This document shows positions 28,666 through 38,600 of a DNA stretch of 64,000 nucleotides, piece after piece; positions within the stretch are counted from its first letter, which is position 1, and each line of letters starts with the position of its first letter. This stretch comes from Acidobacteriota bacterium. Its GTDB lineage: Bacteria; Acidobacteriota; Thermoanaerobaculia; Multivoradales; JAHZIX01. The translations under genes were made by a program, and so were the position numbers. The notes below the pieces were generated by a model. That model ran no database searches. It had not been told where the DNA came from and saw only the letters and a list, made by a program, of their open reading frames with translations. The DNA is taken from contig JBCCXL010000018.1 of assembly GCA_039191605.1 (NCBI GenBank), positions 47,521-111,520 on the forward strand, given 5' to 3'.

Positions 28666-30924
28666 ATGAACCTGGTCCGGTATTGCGTCGCGTTGATCTG
28701 CTTGTCATTTTTGACTGGATCTTCGGGTCCCCTCGCGGCCCAAGGGGAGTCGGCTCAGCGAGAGGAAGAAGAGGCCCGAGTGCCCCTGGAGTCCTTCGAT
28801 GACGAAATCACCGTGACCGCGCGCAAGCGCGAGGAGAGCCTTCAGGAGGTTCCCGTGGCGGTCACGGTGGTCTCGGGTGACGTGCTGGAAGAGAGTGCAG
28901 CGGTCGACCTCTCGGATCTTCAGCCGAGGGTGCCGAATTTGACGATCTATCCTTCTCGAGCGCAGTCCAACACGGCCACGGCCTTCCTTCGCGGTGTGGG
29001 TCAGATCGATGCCTCCTGGGGAGCTGATCCGGGCGTTGGCATCTATCTCGATGACGTCTACCTGGCTCGGCCCCAGGCCGCGCTCCTGGAGCTCTTCGAC
29101 GTCGAGAGAGTCGAGGTGCTTCGCGGCCCTCAGGGGACCCTCTACGGCAAGAACACGATCGGCGGCACGATCAAGTACATCACCCGAGCGATCACCGATG
29201 ACTTCAGTGGATCCATCGGCAGCACCATCGGTGAGTTCGGCACTCTCGACTTCAGGGCCAGCGCGAGCGGCGCGCTGATCCCTGGGCGGCTGCGGGCGAG
29301 GGTGGCCGTCGCGTCGCTGAACCGCGACGGCTACGGCGATAACCTGCTGACCGGGGGGGAGGTTTCCAACGAGGACACGCAGGCGTTTCGTCTCGCCCTC
29401 GACTGGGTCGCCGCCGCCGACGTCAACGTTCAGCTTCGCCTCGATCGGACCGACGACGATTCCGCGGAGCAGGGCCTGACCCGCCTGGAATCGAATTTCC
29501 TCTGCCCTTTCTTGAACACCGTTTGTGACCCCCTGGGCCCCTTCACCGTCGAGAGCGGTTTGGAGCCCCTGAACCGCGCCGAGTCCGAGGGATACTCTCT
29601 CATCGTCGATTGGGCGGTCAACGATCGCTGGAGTCTCAAGTCGATCACCGCCTATCGGGACTCAGAGCGGGAGGGAAATATCGATTTCGACACCTCTCCA
29701 TCTCCGATCACGGACATCTTCTCGCAGAGTTTCGAAGAGCAGACCACCCAGGAATTGCGCTTCGTATACGACGGGGGCGGACCTTTTGCAGGCGTGGTCG
29801 GTCTCTTCTACCTCGACGGCACCGCAGGGGGGCGCTCCGACAACAACTCCTTCAATTTGTTCTTCACGACCATCCAGGGGTTCACCGACACCGATTCCAT
29901 CGCTCTCTTCGGTGATGGAACCTACGAGATCTCACCGCGGCTGAGCCTCAACGTCGGGCTGCGCGTCACCGAGGAAGAGAAGCGGGTGGTGAACAACAAT
30001 GCGGTCTTCACGGATGCGACCTTCACCACCCTCGCCGCCCAGATCGGGGACTTCGACGAGAGTCAGAGCTTCTCTTCCGTAGCTCCGAGGCTCGGCCTGC
30101 AATACGACTTCAGCGAAGACTTCATGGGCTACCTCACTCTTTCTCGCGGCTTCCGAAGCGGCGGCTTCAATATTCGAGCCTCGAACGCGGAGAATCCGCG
30201 GGACACCGTCCAGCCTTTCGACGACGAGGTCCTGACCATGGCTGAGGTCGGCTTCAAGGCGCTGCTCGCGGATCGCAGCCTGAGGCTCAACGTCGCGGCG
30301 TTCTACGGCGACTACGACGATATCCAGGTCAGCTCCTTCACCTCCTTCGACTCCGACGGCGATGGAGTCGATGACCTGGTCAGCGCTAGCTTCGTCAATG
30401 CCGGAGAGGCGACTCTCTCCGGCCTCGAAATCGAGTACGACTGGATTTCGAGGAGCGTCGACTGGCTAGGGATTTCGGGTAACCTCAGCTTTCTCGATGG
30501 TTCCTCCGATGGATTCCTGGACGAGAATAACGATGGCTTCGTGGATTCCCAGGTGCTCACCAATTCCCCGGACTTTTCCGGGCTCATCGAGCTGAGGTTC
30601 GACTTTCCGGCCTTCGGAGGTCTGATAACCGGCAGCGCCGGCTATGCATACCGCGACGATTCCGTGCTGACCAACGAGGGTGGCCCTGATCCGCGTGATC
30701 CCTCTCGGCCCCTCGAGCCCTTGGTCCAGCCTTCCTTCGGCTTGATCAACGCTCATATCGGCTGGCTTGCCGGGGACGGAACCTGGCAATTCACCCTCCA
30801 CGGCAGAAATTTGGGTGATGAAGAGTATTTGCTGACGGGATACAACCTGCCGGCGATCGGGATCATCAACGGCTTGCTGGGGCCGCCGCGCACCATCGCG
30901 GCGACCGTGAGCTACAACTTCTAG
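28666..30924 (+). CDS. TonB-dependent receptor
   Basis: Signal peptide, EITVTARKREE TonB box, VERVEVLRGPQGTLYGKN plug motif, C-terminal YNF. Confidence 0.96.
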   Translation: MNLVRYCVALICLSFLTGSSGPLAAQGESAQREEEEARVPLESFDDEITVTARKREESLQEVPVAVTVVSGDVLEESAAVDLSDLQPRVPNLTIYPSRAQSNTATAFLRGVGQIDASWGADPGVGIYLDDVYLARPQAALLELFDVERVEVLRGPQGTLYGKNTIGGTIKYITRAITDDFSGSIGSTIGEFGTLDFRASASGALIPGRLRARVAVASLNRDGYGDNLLTGGEVSNEDTQAFRLALDWVAAADVNVQLRLDRTDDDSAEQGLTRLESNFLCPFLNTVCDPLGPFTVESGLEPLNRAESEGYSLIVDWAVNDRWSLKSITAYRDSEREGNIDFDTSPSPITDIFSQSFEEQTTQELRFVYDGGGPFAGVVGLFYLDGTAGGRSDNNSFNLFFTTIQGFTDTDSIALFGDGTYEISPRLSLNVGLRVTEEEKRVVNNNAVFTDATFTTLAAQIGDFDESQSFSSVAPRLGLQYDFSEDFMGYLTLSRGFRSGGFNIRASNAENPRDTVQPFDDEVLTMAEVGFKALLADRSLRLNVAAFYGDYDDIQVSSFTSFDSDGDGVDDLVSASFVNAGEATLSGLEIEYDWISRSVDWLGISGNLSFLDGSSDGFLDENNDGFVDSQVLTNSPDFSGLIELRFDFPAFGGLITGSAGYAYRDDSVLTNEGGPDPRDPSRPLEPLVQPSFGLINAHIGWLAGDGTWQFTLHGRNLGDEEYLLTGYNLPAIGIINGLLGPPRTIAATVSYNF

Positions 30925-31167
30925 GCCCCTCGGATCTCGGGCGGAGATCGGGCAGAACCCCGGATGGGCGGCTCGAGCCCGCCGGTCTAACAGAGATGCT
31001 TTGCGTTGCCCTCCGTGGGCGATCAGACTGTCGGGACGGAGATGGACGACCCGAGGGCTCTGCCGTAAACTAATTGTCGAGTTTTTCGATCATCTTTTCA
31101 CCTACCGAGCTTCTGTCGCTGGCTCTCCCCACTTTCTGCTGGCTCTGCGAGCCTTTCCGGTACTCTG

Positions 31168-32169
31168 ATGTCTCACCCCTCATCGCCTGACCCGAATTCC
31201 TCCGCTGCCGTCGACCCGCTCCACCTAGATCCCCCTCTCTACGCCACCTTCGAGGTTTTACAGGGCTTTGACCCGCCTCGGGAAGGTGTCGCTAAGCTGC
31301 TTCAGCTGCTCAGCCTGCGGGAGAAGACGGGGCCCTTGGATCTCGCCGCCTTCCGCGGCGACTTTGAGCAATTCGCCGCCCTCTTCCCGCCTCAGGGAGG
31401 CGTTCTGCGCTCTGCTGCGGAGGTCGGTGGGGTGCCCTGTGAGTGGGCTCGCCCGGCGGTGGCGGGACGAGGGGTGGTGATCTACTTCCACGGCGGTGGC
31501 TATGTCAGCGGTTCGGTGGCCACCCATCGGGACTTGGTGTGTCGTCTGGCGAAATCCGCTGAGTTTCCGGTGCTCTCGGTGGGCTATCGCCTGGCGCCGG
31601 AGCATCCCTATCCCGCGGCTCTCGAGGATGCCCGGGCGGTGTACACGGCATTGCTGGCTCAGGGGCGCTCCCCGCAGCAGATCGTGCTGGCGGGAGATTC
31701 TGCCGGTGCCGGTCTCTGTCTCGCTCTCCTGATGAATCTACGGGATCGCGGTGAGCCGCTGCCGGCGGGGGCGGCGCTGCTCTCTCCGTGGGTAGATCTC
31801 ACCCACAGCGGCCCGAGCATCGAGTCTCGACGAGCTCTCGACCCGGTATTGCAGCCGCGGCTGCTGCGGGACGTGGCGGATGCCTATCTTCAAGGGGATG
31901 ATCCGAGGCAGCCCTCTGTTTCTCCTCTCTTCGGGAGCTTCGAGGGTTTGCCGCCGCTGGAGATTTTGGTGGGCACCCGCGAGATCCTGCTGGATGACGC
32001 CCGCCGGGTGGCCGCCGCGGCGTATCAGGCGGGGATCGATGTGCGGCTGGAGATCTGGCGCCACCAGGTACACGTCTGGCCTCTCTTCGCTTCCCTCATC
32101 GAAGAGGGGCAGGAAGCCATCGAGCAACTCGGGGCCTTTTGCCATCTGCGCCTCTCTTCCGCGACCTGA
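31168..32169 (+). CDS. HSL-family alpha/beta hydrolase (esterase)
   Basis: YFHGGGY, YRLAPEHPYPAA, GDSAG, LSPWVD, HVW. Confidence 0.93.
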   Translation: MSHPSSPDPNSSAAVDPLHLDPPLYATFEVLQGFDPPREGVAKLLQLLSLREKTGPLDLAAFRGDFEQFAALFPPQGGVLRSAAEVGGVPCEWARPAVAGRGVVIYFHGGGYVSGSVATHRDLVCRLAKSAEFPVLSVGYRLAPEHPYPAALEDARAVYTALLAQGRSPQQIVLAGDSAGAGLCLALLMNLRDRGEPLPAGAALLSPWVDLTHSGPSIESRRALDPVLQPRLLRDVADAYLQGDDPRQPSVSPLFGSFEGLPPLEILVGTREILLDDARRVAAAAYQAGIDVRLEIWRHQVHVWPLFASLIEEGQEAIEQLGAFCHLRLSSAT

Positions 32170-32384
32170 GGCGTGCCAAAACCAGGGAATCGAGGAGCTA
32201 GAAGAGGGGCGTCCGGAAGCGAAGAAATTGCGTAGAAGATCTATTTCAAGACGAAAAAGCTTTCTTCTTGACGCGTCAGAAGGCCTCGAGGGGCAATTAA
32301 TAGGCTTTTGGGTCAATCATTTAACTTGCTGAAAACAAAGGAGATATAGTTGAAATATATGAACTTGTCGGCTAGATTTCCGAA

Positions 32385-32675
32385 ATGCCGAGTAAGAAAG
32401 CCGTGGGTGCCGCCCTTTCCGCGATCCTGAGAGAGCGCGGAATGAAACAGAAGGATCTCGCCGCCATCACCGGACTGGATCCTTCCCGCATCAGCCGAGT
32501 GGTGCGGGGCGAAGTGATGCCCACGGTGACCACCCTGGAGCGGATGCTCCGACCGCTGGAGATCACCGCGGGACAATTCCTCGAGTACGCGGAGCGCTTC
32601 GACGCCTTCCAGCGGGATCAAGGGATCACCAGCTGGCTGGCTCCGACGGAGTCTGGGTCCTCGGATACCGGCTGA
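32385..32675 (+). CDS. XRE-family HTH regulator
   Basis: RERGMKQKDLAAITGLDPSRISRVVRGEVMPTVTTL; AT-rich upstream region. Confidence 0.85.
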   Translation: MPSKKAVGAALSAILRERGMKQKDLAAITGLDPSRISRVVRGEVMPTVTTLERMLRPLEITAGQFLEYAERFDAFQRDQGITSWLAPTESGSSDTG

Positions 32676-32678
32676 GCC

Positions 32679-33719
32679 TCAGCGGGAGTCGCGGGCGTCC
32701 AGCAGGTCGTCGAGGTGGCGGTCGAGCCAGTCTGTGGCTCGCTGATGGTCGGCGAAGAGCCGCTCCCGGCGGCGAAACTCCGGCGGGTGGAGTCGCCGCC
32801 GACCGCCGGCCAGGGTGACGGGCATGGCGGCGTGGAGGAGCTCGTGGTGCACCACCGAGGCGACCACGTAGCGGGGTACTCCCGGGCGGTCGAGGACCGG
32901 ATGGATGCGCACCAGCTCCTGGTCGGAGTTGTAGGAGCCGAGGCGAAGCACGCGGCGGCGCTTTTGGTGGTGCTGCCGGTGGCGCCCTCTGCCGCGGCGC
33001 CGGCGGGGGGAGGAGCCGCCGTGGCGGCCCCAGGTGATGGCGACCTTCAGCTCGCCGCCGAAGTATTGTTGATTGATCTCGTCCCGCAGCGCTTCGAGAT
33101 CCAGGGTGCGGCCCTGGGGGCGCAGGGCCGGCGGGCGCTTCGGGGATCGAGTGGCGGCGCCGTGGGCGCTGTAGTGCTCCCGCAGCCGGTGGATGATGGC
33201 CTTGCGCTGGCTTGGGCTGGGGCCCGGAGGCCGCAGCAGATCGAGCAAATCCTCCACCACCTGTTCTCCCCGCTGGAGAAAACACCAGTGAAGCCGCAGG
33301 CTGAGGGCACGGCGATCCCGGGTCGGTCGCAGGCTCACCAGGCTGGAGCGATTGGCGTTCACGACAATTTCCCGAAGGGGTCCTTCGAGACCGATCTCGA
33401 GGGTTACCAAGGCTGCCTTCGCGTCTGCGGTGGGTAGCCCGGACACCGCCTCCCGCGCTGCCGGCAGCAATCGCAGCTTAGCCCCCAAATCCCTCTGTAG
33501 CTCCTGAAGCGACTCCCTCTGCGACTCCTTCTGCGGCTTCTTTGGTAGCTCTGCTGAGGAAGGCGCCGACAATTCGGCGGTCGGGGGATTCTGACTTGGG
33601 CTTTGTTCTGAGCCTTGCCGGGGCGCCGGGGCTTCGGCGGCTCTGGTTCCTGCCGCCGGGGAGGGGAGCGCATCCAGCGGCAGGGAGAGCTGTTGCTGGG
33701 AGGAGGGGCGAGAGCTCAT
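32679..33719 (-). CDS. SprT-like/DUF45 zinc metalloprotease-fold protein
   Basis: LGSYN, IHPVLDRPGVPRYVV, HHELLH (HExxH), HPPEFRRRE; start uncertain. Confidence 0.8.
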   Translation of the reverse strand: MSSRPSSQQQLSLPLDALPSPAAGTRAAEAPAPRQGSEQSPSQNPPTAELSAPSSAELPKKPQKESQRESLQELQRDLGAKLRLLPAAREAVSGLPTADAKAALVTLEIGLEGPLREIVVNANRSSLVSLRPTRDRRALSLRLHWCFLQRGEQVVEDLLDLLRPPGPSPSQRKAIIHRLREHYSAHGAATRSPKRPPALRPQGRTLDLEALRDEINQQYFGGELKVAITWGRHGGSSPRRRRGRGRHRQHHQKRRRVLRLGSYNSDQELVRIHPVLDRPGVPRYVVASVVHHELLHAAMPVTLAGGRRRLHPPEFRRRERLFADHQRATDWLDRHLDDLLDARDSR

Positions 33720-33846
33720 GACCTAAGGATAGGCGAAGGGGGGAAGGAATGCCTCAAGGGATGGGGGCTGAAGGGATGATTCGGGGCGATCATCAAGAAC
33801 AGCGATCCGGGGCAGTCATCAGGGTCGGGGAGCAGGGACAAAGAAC

Positions 33847-33892
33847 GAGGGCCGGGATTCGAACGGCTGCTCCGTTCGTCTTCCCGGCCCTC
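33847..33892. terminator. Long stem-loop downstream of the tricorn gene
   Basis: GAGGGCCGGGA/TCCCGGCCCTC outer stem and CGAACGG/CCGTTCG inner stem. Confidence 0.55.
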
Positions 33893-33956
33893 TTGGCTGC
33901 GCTGGGATCGCTGGGATCAGGCTTGGTGCCTTTTCAGACTACCCGGGGGATCAGAC

Positions 33957-36900
33957 TTATTGTTGCCCCTGGGGTGCGGAGGGGGAGACCAGCGGCGGCG
34001 GCTGCACCCAGCGATGAGGCGGGTTGGTCTCCAGCGTCTCGAGCAGCACCTCCACCGCCTTCTCGATGCTGGGATCCCTGCCGTCGAGGCGGTGCTCGTT
34101 GAGGTCGTAGACCTCGATGTCTGGCGCAACGCCCTCGTTCTCCACCACCCATTCCCCGTTCTCGTCGAAGATCCGGAAGTGAGGGGCGGCGATATTACCG
34201 CCGTCCACCAGATCCGGGTTGCCCTCCAGGCCGATGAGCCCGCCCCAGGTGCGGGTGCCGATGAGGGGGCCGAGGCCGAGCTTGCGGAAGTAATAGGGCA
34301 GGGCATCGCCGCCGGAGCTGGAATAGCCGTTGATCAGCATCGCCTTGGGGCCGTCGTGGGCGAAGTCCGGGGTGTGGAAGGGCTCTACCCGGTTCCCTGC
34401 CCAGCGGGACAGCGAGCGTCGGGCGAGCACTTCGATCATGCGATCCGGGATCAGGCCGCCGCCGTTGTAGCGATCGTCGATGATCAGGGCCTCCTTGCGC
34501 ACCTGGCCATAGAAGAGCTTCTGCAGCATGCGGTTACCGTCTCCGGCGGTGTTCGGCAGGTGGATATAGCCGATGCGGCCGTCGCTGAGCTCGTCGACGA
34601 TGCGCATGCGCTGCTTGATCCAGTCGATGTAGCGCAGGCTCTGCTCGCTTCCTAGGGTATGCACCAGGACCGAGCGGGCGTCACCGCCACCCGGCGACGA
34701 GGCGAGGGTGAGCTCGACGGTGCGGTCCGCCTTGCCCTCTAGCAGGCGGTAGGGATCGTCCGGGGCCTCCAGGGGCTCGCCGTCGATGGCCAGCAGGTAG
34801 TCGCCGACGGCGGCCTGGACGCCGGGCTCCTGGAGCGGCGAGCGATAGCGCGCATCCCAGCCCTCCCCCTGGTAGATCTCCGCCAGGCGGTAGCGGCCGC
34901 CGTCGCCGAGCTCCAGCCGGGCTCCGAGCTTGCCTCCGCTCACCGCCTCGACCTCGGGCTCATCTCCGCGACCGACGTAGGCGTGGCCGACCTCCAGTTC
35001 GCCGATGAGCTCACCGAAGAGCCAGTCCAGCTCGTCGCGGCGAGTGACGTGGGGCAGCATCTCGCCGTAGCGTTCCCCGAGAGCCTTCCAGTCGAGGCCG
35101 TGGATGGCCGGGTCGTAGAACCAATCCCGGGCGATCCGCCAGCCGTCCAGCCACATCTGCCGCCATTCCTGGCGAGGATCGATCTTCAGCCGCAGGTCCG
35201 CCAGGTCCAGGGTACCCTGACCGTCGGTGATCGCCGATTGGGTCCCGGCGATGGCCCAGCCCTGGCCCTTGGTGTAGAGCAGGTGTTGGCCGTCGGGAGA
35301 GATGGAGTAGCCGAAGAGATCGCTGCCCAAGGACACCGCCTCGCGGGCTTCCAGGTCGTAGCGGAAGAGGGCCGGAGCGCCGCTGGCGCCGAAGGTGGAG
35401 AAGAAGAGATGCCCGCCGAGCTGCTGTAGATCGGCGTATTGGCCCGGGGCGATGCCCGGAAGAGCGATGGTGCGGGAGACAAAGGCGTCGACGTCGAGGT
35501 TCGCGGCGCTGAGGCCCGAGGCTTCCTCGCCTTCCGCTGCCGACTCTCCCTCGGCCGCCGGCTCTGCTTCCGCAGCGGCGACCTCGACCTCGTCGCTGCG
35601 CTGCGGGAAGAGGGCCGGGGCGTCGGCGGTGAGGGCCGCGGCGTAGATCCGGGCGGCGTCGGTGTAGACGTAGTTGGTCTCGAACTCGCTGAAGGTCCAG
35701 TTGTAGTTGCGATCGGAGACGAAGAAGACCGTCAGGCCGTCGGCACTCCAGGCGGGGTCATAGTCGTTGCTCAGCCCGTCTCCCAACACGAGGGGGCCGG
35801 TGGCCTCGCCAGCTTCGCCGCCGAGGCCGTAGATCGCCACCGCCGGCAGGGCGGTCTCGGGATGGGTGGTTTCGTACACCAGCCAGCGGCCGTCGGGGGA
35901 GAAGGAATAGTCTTCTAGGTCCCCTTCGCGACCGCGGTCTACGGTAGTGATCTCCCCGCTTGCTACGGCGACGATGCGCAGCCGGCGGTTGCGGTCGGCG
36001 TAGGCCAGGTGGTCCCCGGTGGGGCTCCAAATCGGCTGATAGATCCAGACATCGCCGCCCTCGGTGAGCTGCCGGGTCTCCTCGCTACGGCCGCTGGAGA
36101 GCCAGATCTCCTGCTCTCCGCTGCGGTCCGAGACGAAGGCCACGGTGCTGCCGTCGGGACTCCAGGCGGGGGCCCGCTCGCGGGATTCCGGGGCGGTGCT
36201 GAGGTTGCGAACCGGGCCGTGCTTGGCCGGCACCGAGAGTAGCTCTCCGCGGGCGGCAAAGAGTGCGCGGCGGCCGCCGGGGGCGAGGGCGGAGCCCTCG
36301 ATGAATTCCTCCACCGGCTTCCAGGTCGGCACGGTATCCGGGAAGGCGGCGTTGATGCTCAGGGGAATGCGCTCCACCGCCTCCGTTGCCAGATCCATGC
36401 GGTAGAGCCAACCGCCCTTGGTGAAGACGATGGATTCGGGGCCGAGGCTGGGCCACAGCACGTCGAAGGTCTGGTAATCCGTCACCTGCCGCGCCTCGCC
36501 CCCCGCCGGGTCGAGGACGAAGAGGTTGAGGGTGCGGGAGCGGTCGGAGGTGAAGTAGATGCGATCCTCTGAGGCCCAGAGAGGGAAGTTGTCGGTGCCC
36601 TCGAAGTCGGTGAGGCGGGTGGACTGGCGGGCGTCGAAATCGTAGAGCCAGAGATCCTGGGCGCGTCCGCCGACGGTGCGCTTCCAGGTGCGGAACTCTC
36701 GCGAGATGGGGGTGTAGGCGATGCGGCTGCCGTCGGGGGAGAGGCTGGCGCTACCGCTCTCGGCGATCTCCAGCGGCTGCGGAAGGCCGCCGGCGGGATC
36801 CACCGCCCACAGCGTGCCGACGCGGCGGCCGTGGGGCGTCTGGTTGGCCCGCACCAGCACCTTGCCGTCCGGCGTCCAGCCCTGGATCCAGTAGTCATAG

Positions 36901-37385
36901 CCGCCGCGGGGGGGCATCGAGCCGGGAAAGACGTAGTGGGTCAGCTGCCGCGGCTCACCGCCCTCGGCGGGCATCACCCACACCTGGCGGGAGCCGGAAT
37001 ACTCGGCGCTGAAGGCGATCCACTGGCCGTCGGGGGAGATTTTAGGAAAGAGCTCGAGGCCCTGGTGGCGGGTCAGTCGCCGGGCCTCGCCACCGCTGGA
37101 GTCGGCGCGCCACAGGTCGCCGCCGTAGACGAAGATCACGAAGTCGCGGTGAATATCCGGATAGCGCAGCAGGCGAGCCTCGTCGCCGGGGGTCTCCGGA
37201 AGGTCGGGAATCGAGGGGCCGGCGACGGTGGCAGGGGCCATCGCCAGGGTCCACAGCAGCGCGAAGGCAATCCAAGACCAGCGGTGATGCCGGCTCCGAG
37301 AACGGCGGCCATCGGCGGTCGGCGTTGGTGGATTTGGCGTTGGTGGATTATGGGGGCGCATTGAACGGTTGAGGTCATTCCACAT
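33957..37385 (-). CDS. Tricorn-like S41 peptidase
   Basis: PD40-like SPDG propeller repeats, PDZ region, GYIHLP, IDDRYNGGG, SSGGD, GTRTWGGLIG, ENEGVAPDIEV. Confidence 0.95.
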   Translation of the reverse strand: MWNDLNRSMRPHNPPTPNPPTPTADGRRSRSRHHRWSWIAFALLWTLAMAPATVAGPSIPDLPETPGDEARLLRYPDIHRDFVIFVYGGDLWRADSSGGEARRLTRHQGLELFPKISPDGQWIAFSAEYSGSRQVWVMPAEGGEPRQLTHYVFPGSMPPRGGYDYWIQGWTPDGKVLVRANQTPHGRRVGTLWAVDPAGGLPQPLEIAESGSASLSPDGSRIAYTPISREFRTWKRTVGGRAQDLWLYDFDARQSTRLTDFEGTDNFPLWASEDRIYFTSDRSRTLNLFVLDPAGGEARQVTDYQTFDVLWPSLGPESIVFTKGGWLYRMDLATEAVERIPLSINAAFPDTVPTWKPVEEFIEGSALAPGGRRALFAARGELLSVPAKHGPVRNLSTAPESRERAPAWSPDGSTVAFVSDRSGEQEIWLSSGRSEETRQLTEGGDVWIYQPIWSPTGDHLAYADRNRRLRIVAVASGEITTVDRGREGDLEDYSFSPDGRWLVYETTHPETALPAVAIYGLGGEAGEATGPLVLGDGLSNDYDPAWSADGLTVFFVSDRNYNWTFSEFETNYVYTDAARIYAAALTADAPALFPQRSDEVEVAAAEAEPAAEGESAAEGEEASGLSAANLDVDAFVSRTIALPGIAPGQYADLQQLGGHLFFSTFGASGAPALFRYDLEAREAVSLGSDLFGYSISPDGQHLLYTKGQGWAIAGTQSAITDGQGTLDLADLRLKIDPRQEWRQMWLDGWRIARDWFYDPAIHGLDWKALGERYGEMLPHVTRRDELDWLFGELIGELEVGHAYVGRGDEPEVEAVSGGKLGARLELGDGGRYRLAEIYQGEGWDARYRSPLQEPGVQAAVGDYLLAIDGEPLEAPDDPYRLLEGKADRTVELTLASSPGGGDARSVLVHTLGSEQSLRYIDWIKQRMRIVDELSDGRIGYIHLPNTAGDGNRMLQKLFYGQVRKEALIIDDRYNGGGLIPDRMIEVLARRSLSRWAGNRVEPFHTPDFAHDGPKAMLINGYSSSGGDALPYYFRKLGLGPLIGTRTWGGLIGLEGNPDLVDGGNIAAPHFRIFDENGEWVVENEGVAPDIEVYDLNEHRLDGRDPSIEKAVEVLLETLETNPPHRWVQPPPLVSPSAPQGQQ

Positions 37386-37722
37386 CGAAACCCATCTCCT
37401 CGACGAAATTCATCAGTGGGCTCGCCGGATCACCGAGATCGGCGAGCCTCCGGGAGGATCCCACGCTGGTTGCGGTAGCTCAAGCGGGTAGGGATTGAGG
37501 GAGAGGCGTTTGCGTCACCACCGGGAAGCCTTCAGCCCGCGCTTGTTCTGAATCTTCGATACCGAGCTCACTTCGGATCGCTTCTTCAGAGCACTTAGCC
37601 CTCGGTGGTGTCGCAAACCTCTCAGCCTGGTACAGTACGGATCTCCGGGAGAGTAGTTCCTTACGCTCCCTGTCTTTCCCAAGAAAACAAGATAGATCTC
37701 GCCATACGAGGAGGATCAATTC

Positions 37723-38433
37723 ATGAAGAACTGGATGCTCTTGCTTTGCATCGTGCTGCTCGCCGGGCTGACCGCCGTGGGCTGCGCCAACCCCGCCGCC
37801 GACGCTCCGGAGGCCACCGTCGAAGAGCCGGCGGCCACCGAGACCCCGGCCGACTCCGCCGAGGCCAACCCCGAGGCCGGCACCCTCTACGCCGTGACCC
37901 CGGACAACGGCTCCACCATCTCCTGGGTGGGCTCCAAGGTCACCGGCTCCCACGACGGCGGCTTCGAGGTCTTCTCCGGTGATCTGCTGGTCACCGGCGA
38001 CAGCGCCGAAGGCTCCAAGGTGAGCGTGAACATCGACGCTACCTCCCTGTGGTCCGACAACGATGGTCTGACCGAGCACCTGAAGAGCCCTGACTTCTTC
38101 GAGGTGGAGACCTTCTCCACCGCTTCCTTCGAGTCCACCGCCATCGCCGCCAACGAGGCCGGCGGCTACGACGTGACCGGCAACCTCGACCTCCACGGCG
38201 TCACCAAGCAGATCACCTTCCCCGCCGAGATCGAGGTCGCCGGTGACCAGGTGGCGGTGGCCGCCGAGTTCGCCATCAAGCGCTTCGACTGGGGCATTGT
38301 CTACGAGGGCCGGGCCGACGACCTGATTCGCGACGACGTGCTGATCAAGCTCAACCTGGTGGCCACCAACAGCGCTGCCGGCGGTGCAGAAGAGGCCGCT
38401 CCCGAGGATGAGGCCACGGAAGAGGCCGCCTGA
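37723..38433 (+). CDS. YceI-family (polyisoprenoid-binding) lipoprotein
   Basis: Lipobox-like AVGC; HLKSPDFFEV, GNLDLHGVTK, RFDWGI. Confidence 0.9.
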   Translation: MKNWMLLLCIVLLAGLTAVGCANPAADAPEATVEEPAATETPADSAEANPEAGTLYAVTPDNGSTISWVGSKVTGSHDGGFEVFSGDLLVTGDSAEGSKVSVNIDATSLWSDNDGLTEHLKSPDFFEVETFSTASFESTAIAANEAGGYDVTGNLDLHGVTKQITFPAEIEVAGDQVAVAAEFAIKRFDWGIVYEGRADDLIRDDVLIKLNLVATNSAAGGAEEAAPEDEATEEAA

Positions 38434-38479
38434 GGCGGGTTTTCCACAGCTAGGGGACGTTGACTTAGCGTCTCCGACG

Positions 38480-38510
38480 AAAAAGGGCGGCCCATGGGCC
38501 GCCCTTTTTT
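38480..38510. terminator. Bidirectional intrinsic terminator
   Basis: AAAAAGGGCGGCCCATGGGCCGCCCTTTTTT palindrome between convergent genes. Confidence 0.9.
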
Positions 38511-38600
38511 ATTTGCCGAATCTTCTGCCGAAGCCTTCTGACGGGCTTTGGGGGCTGGGGAGGTCGGCGATCTCCCGCGAAGTCTCAGCTCTCGCTGTCG

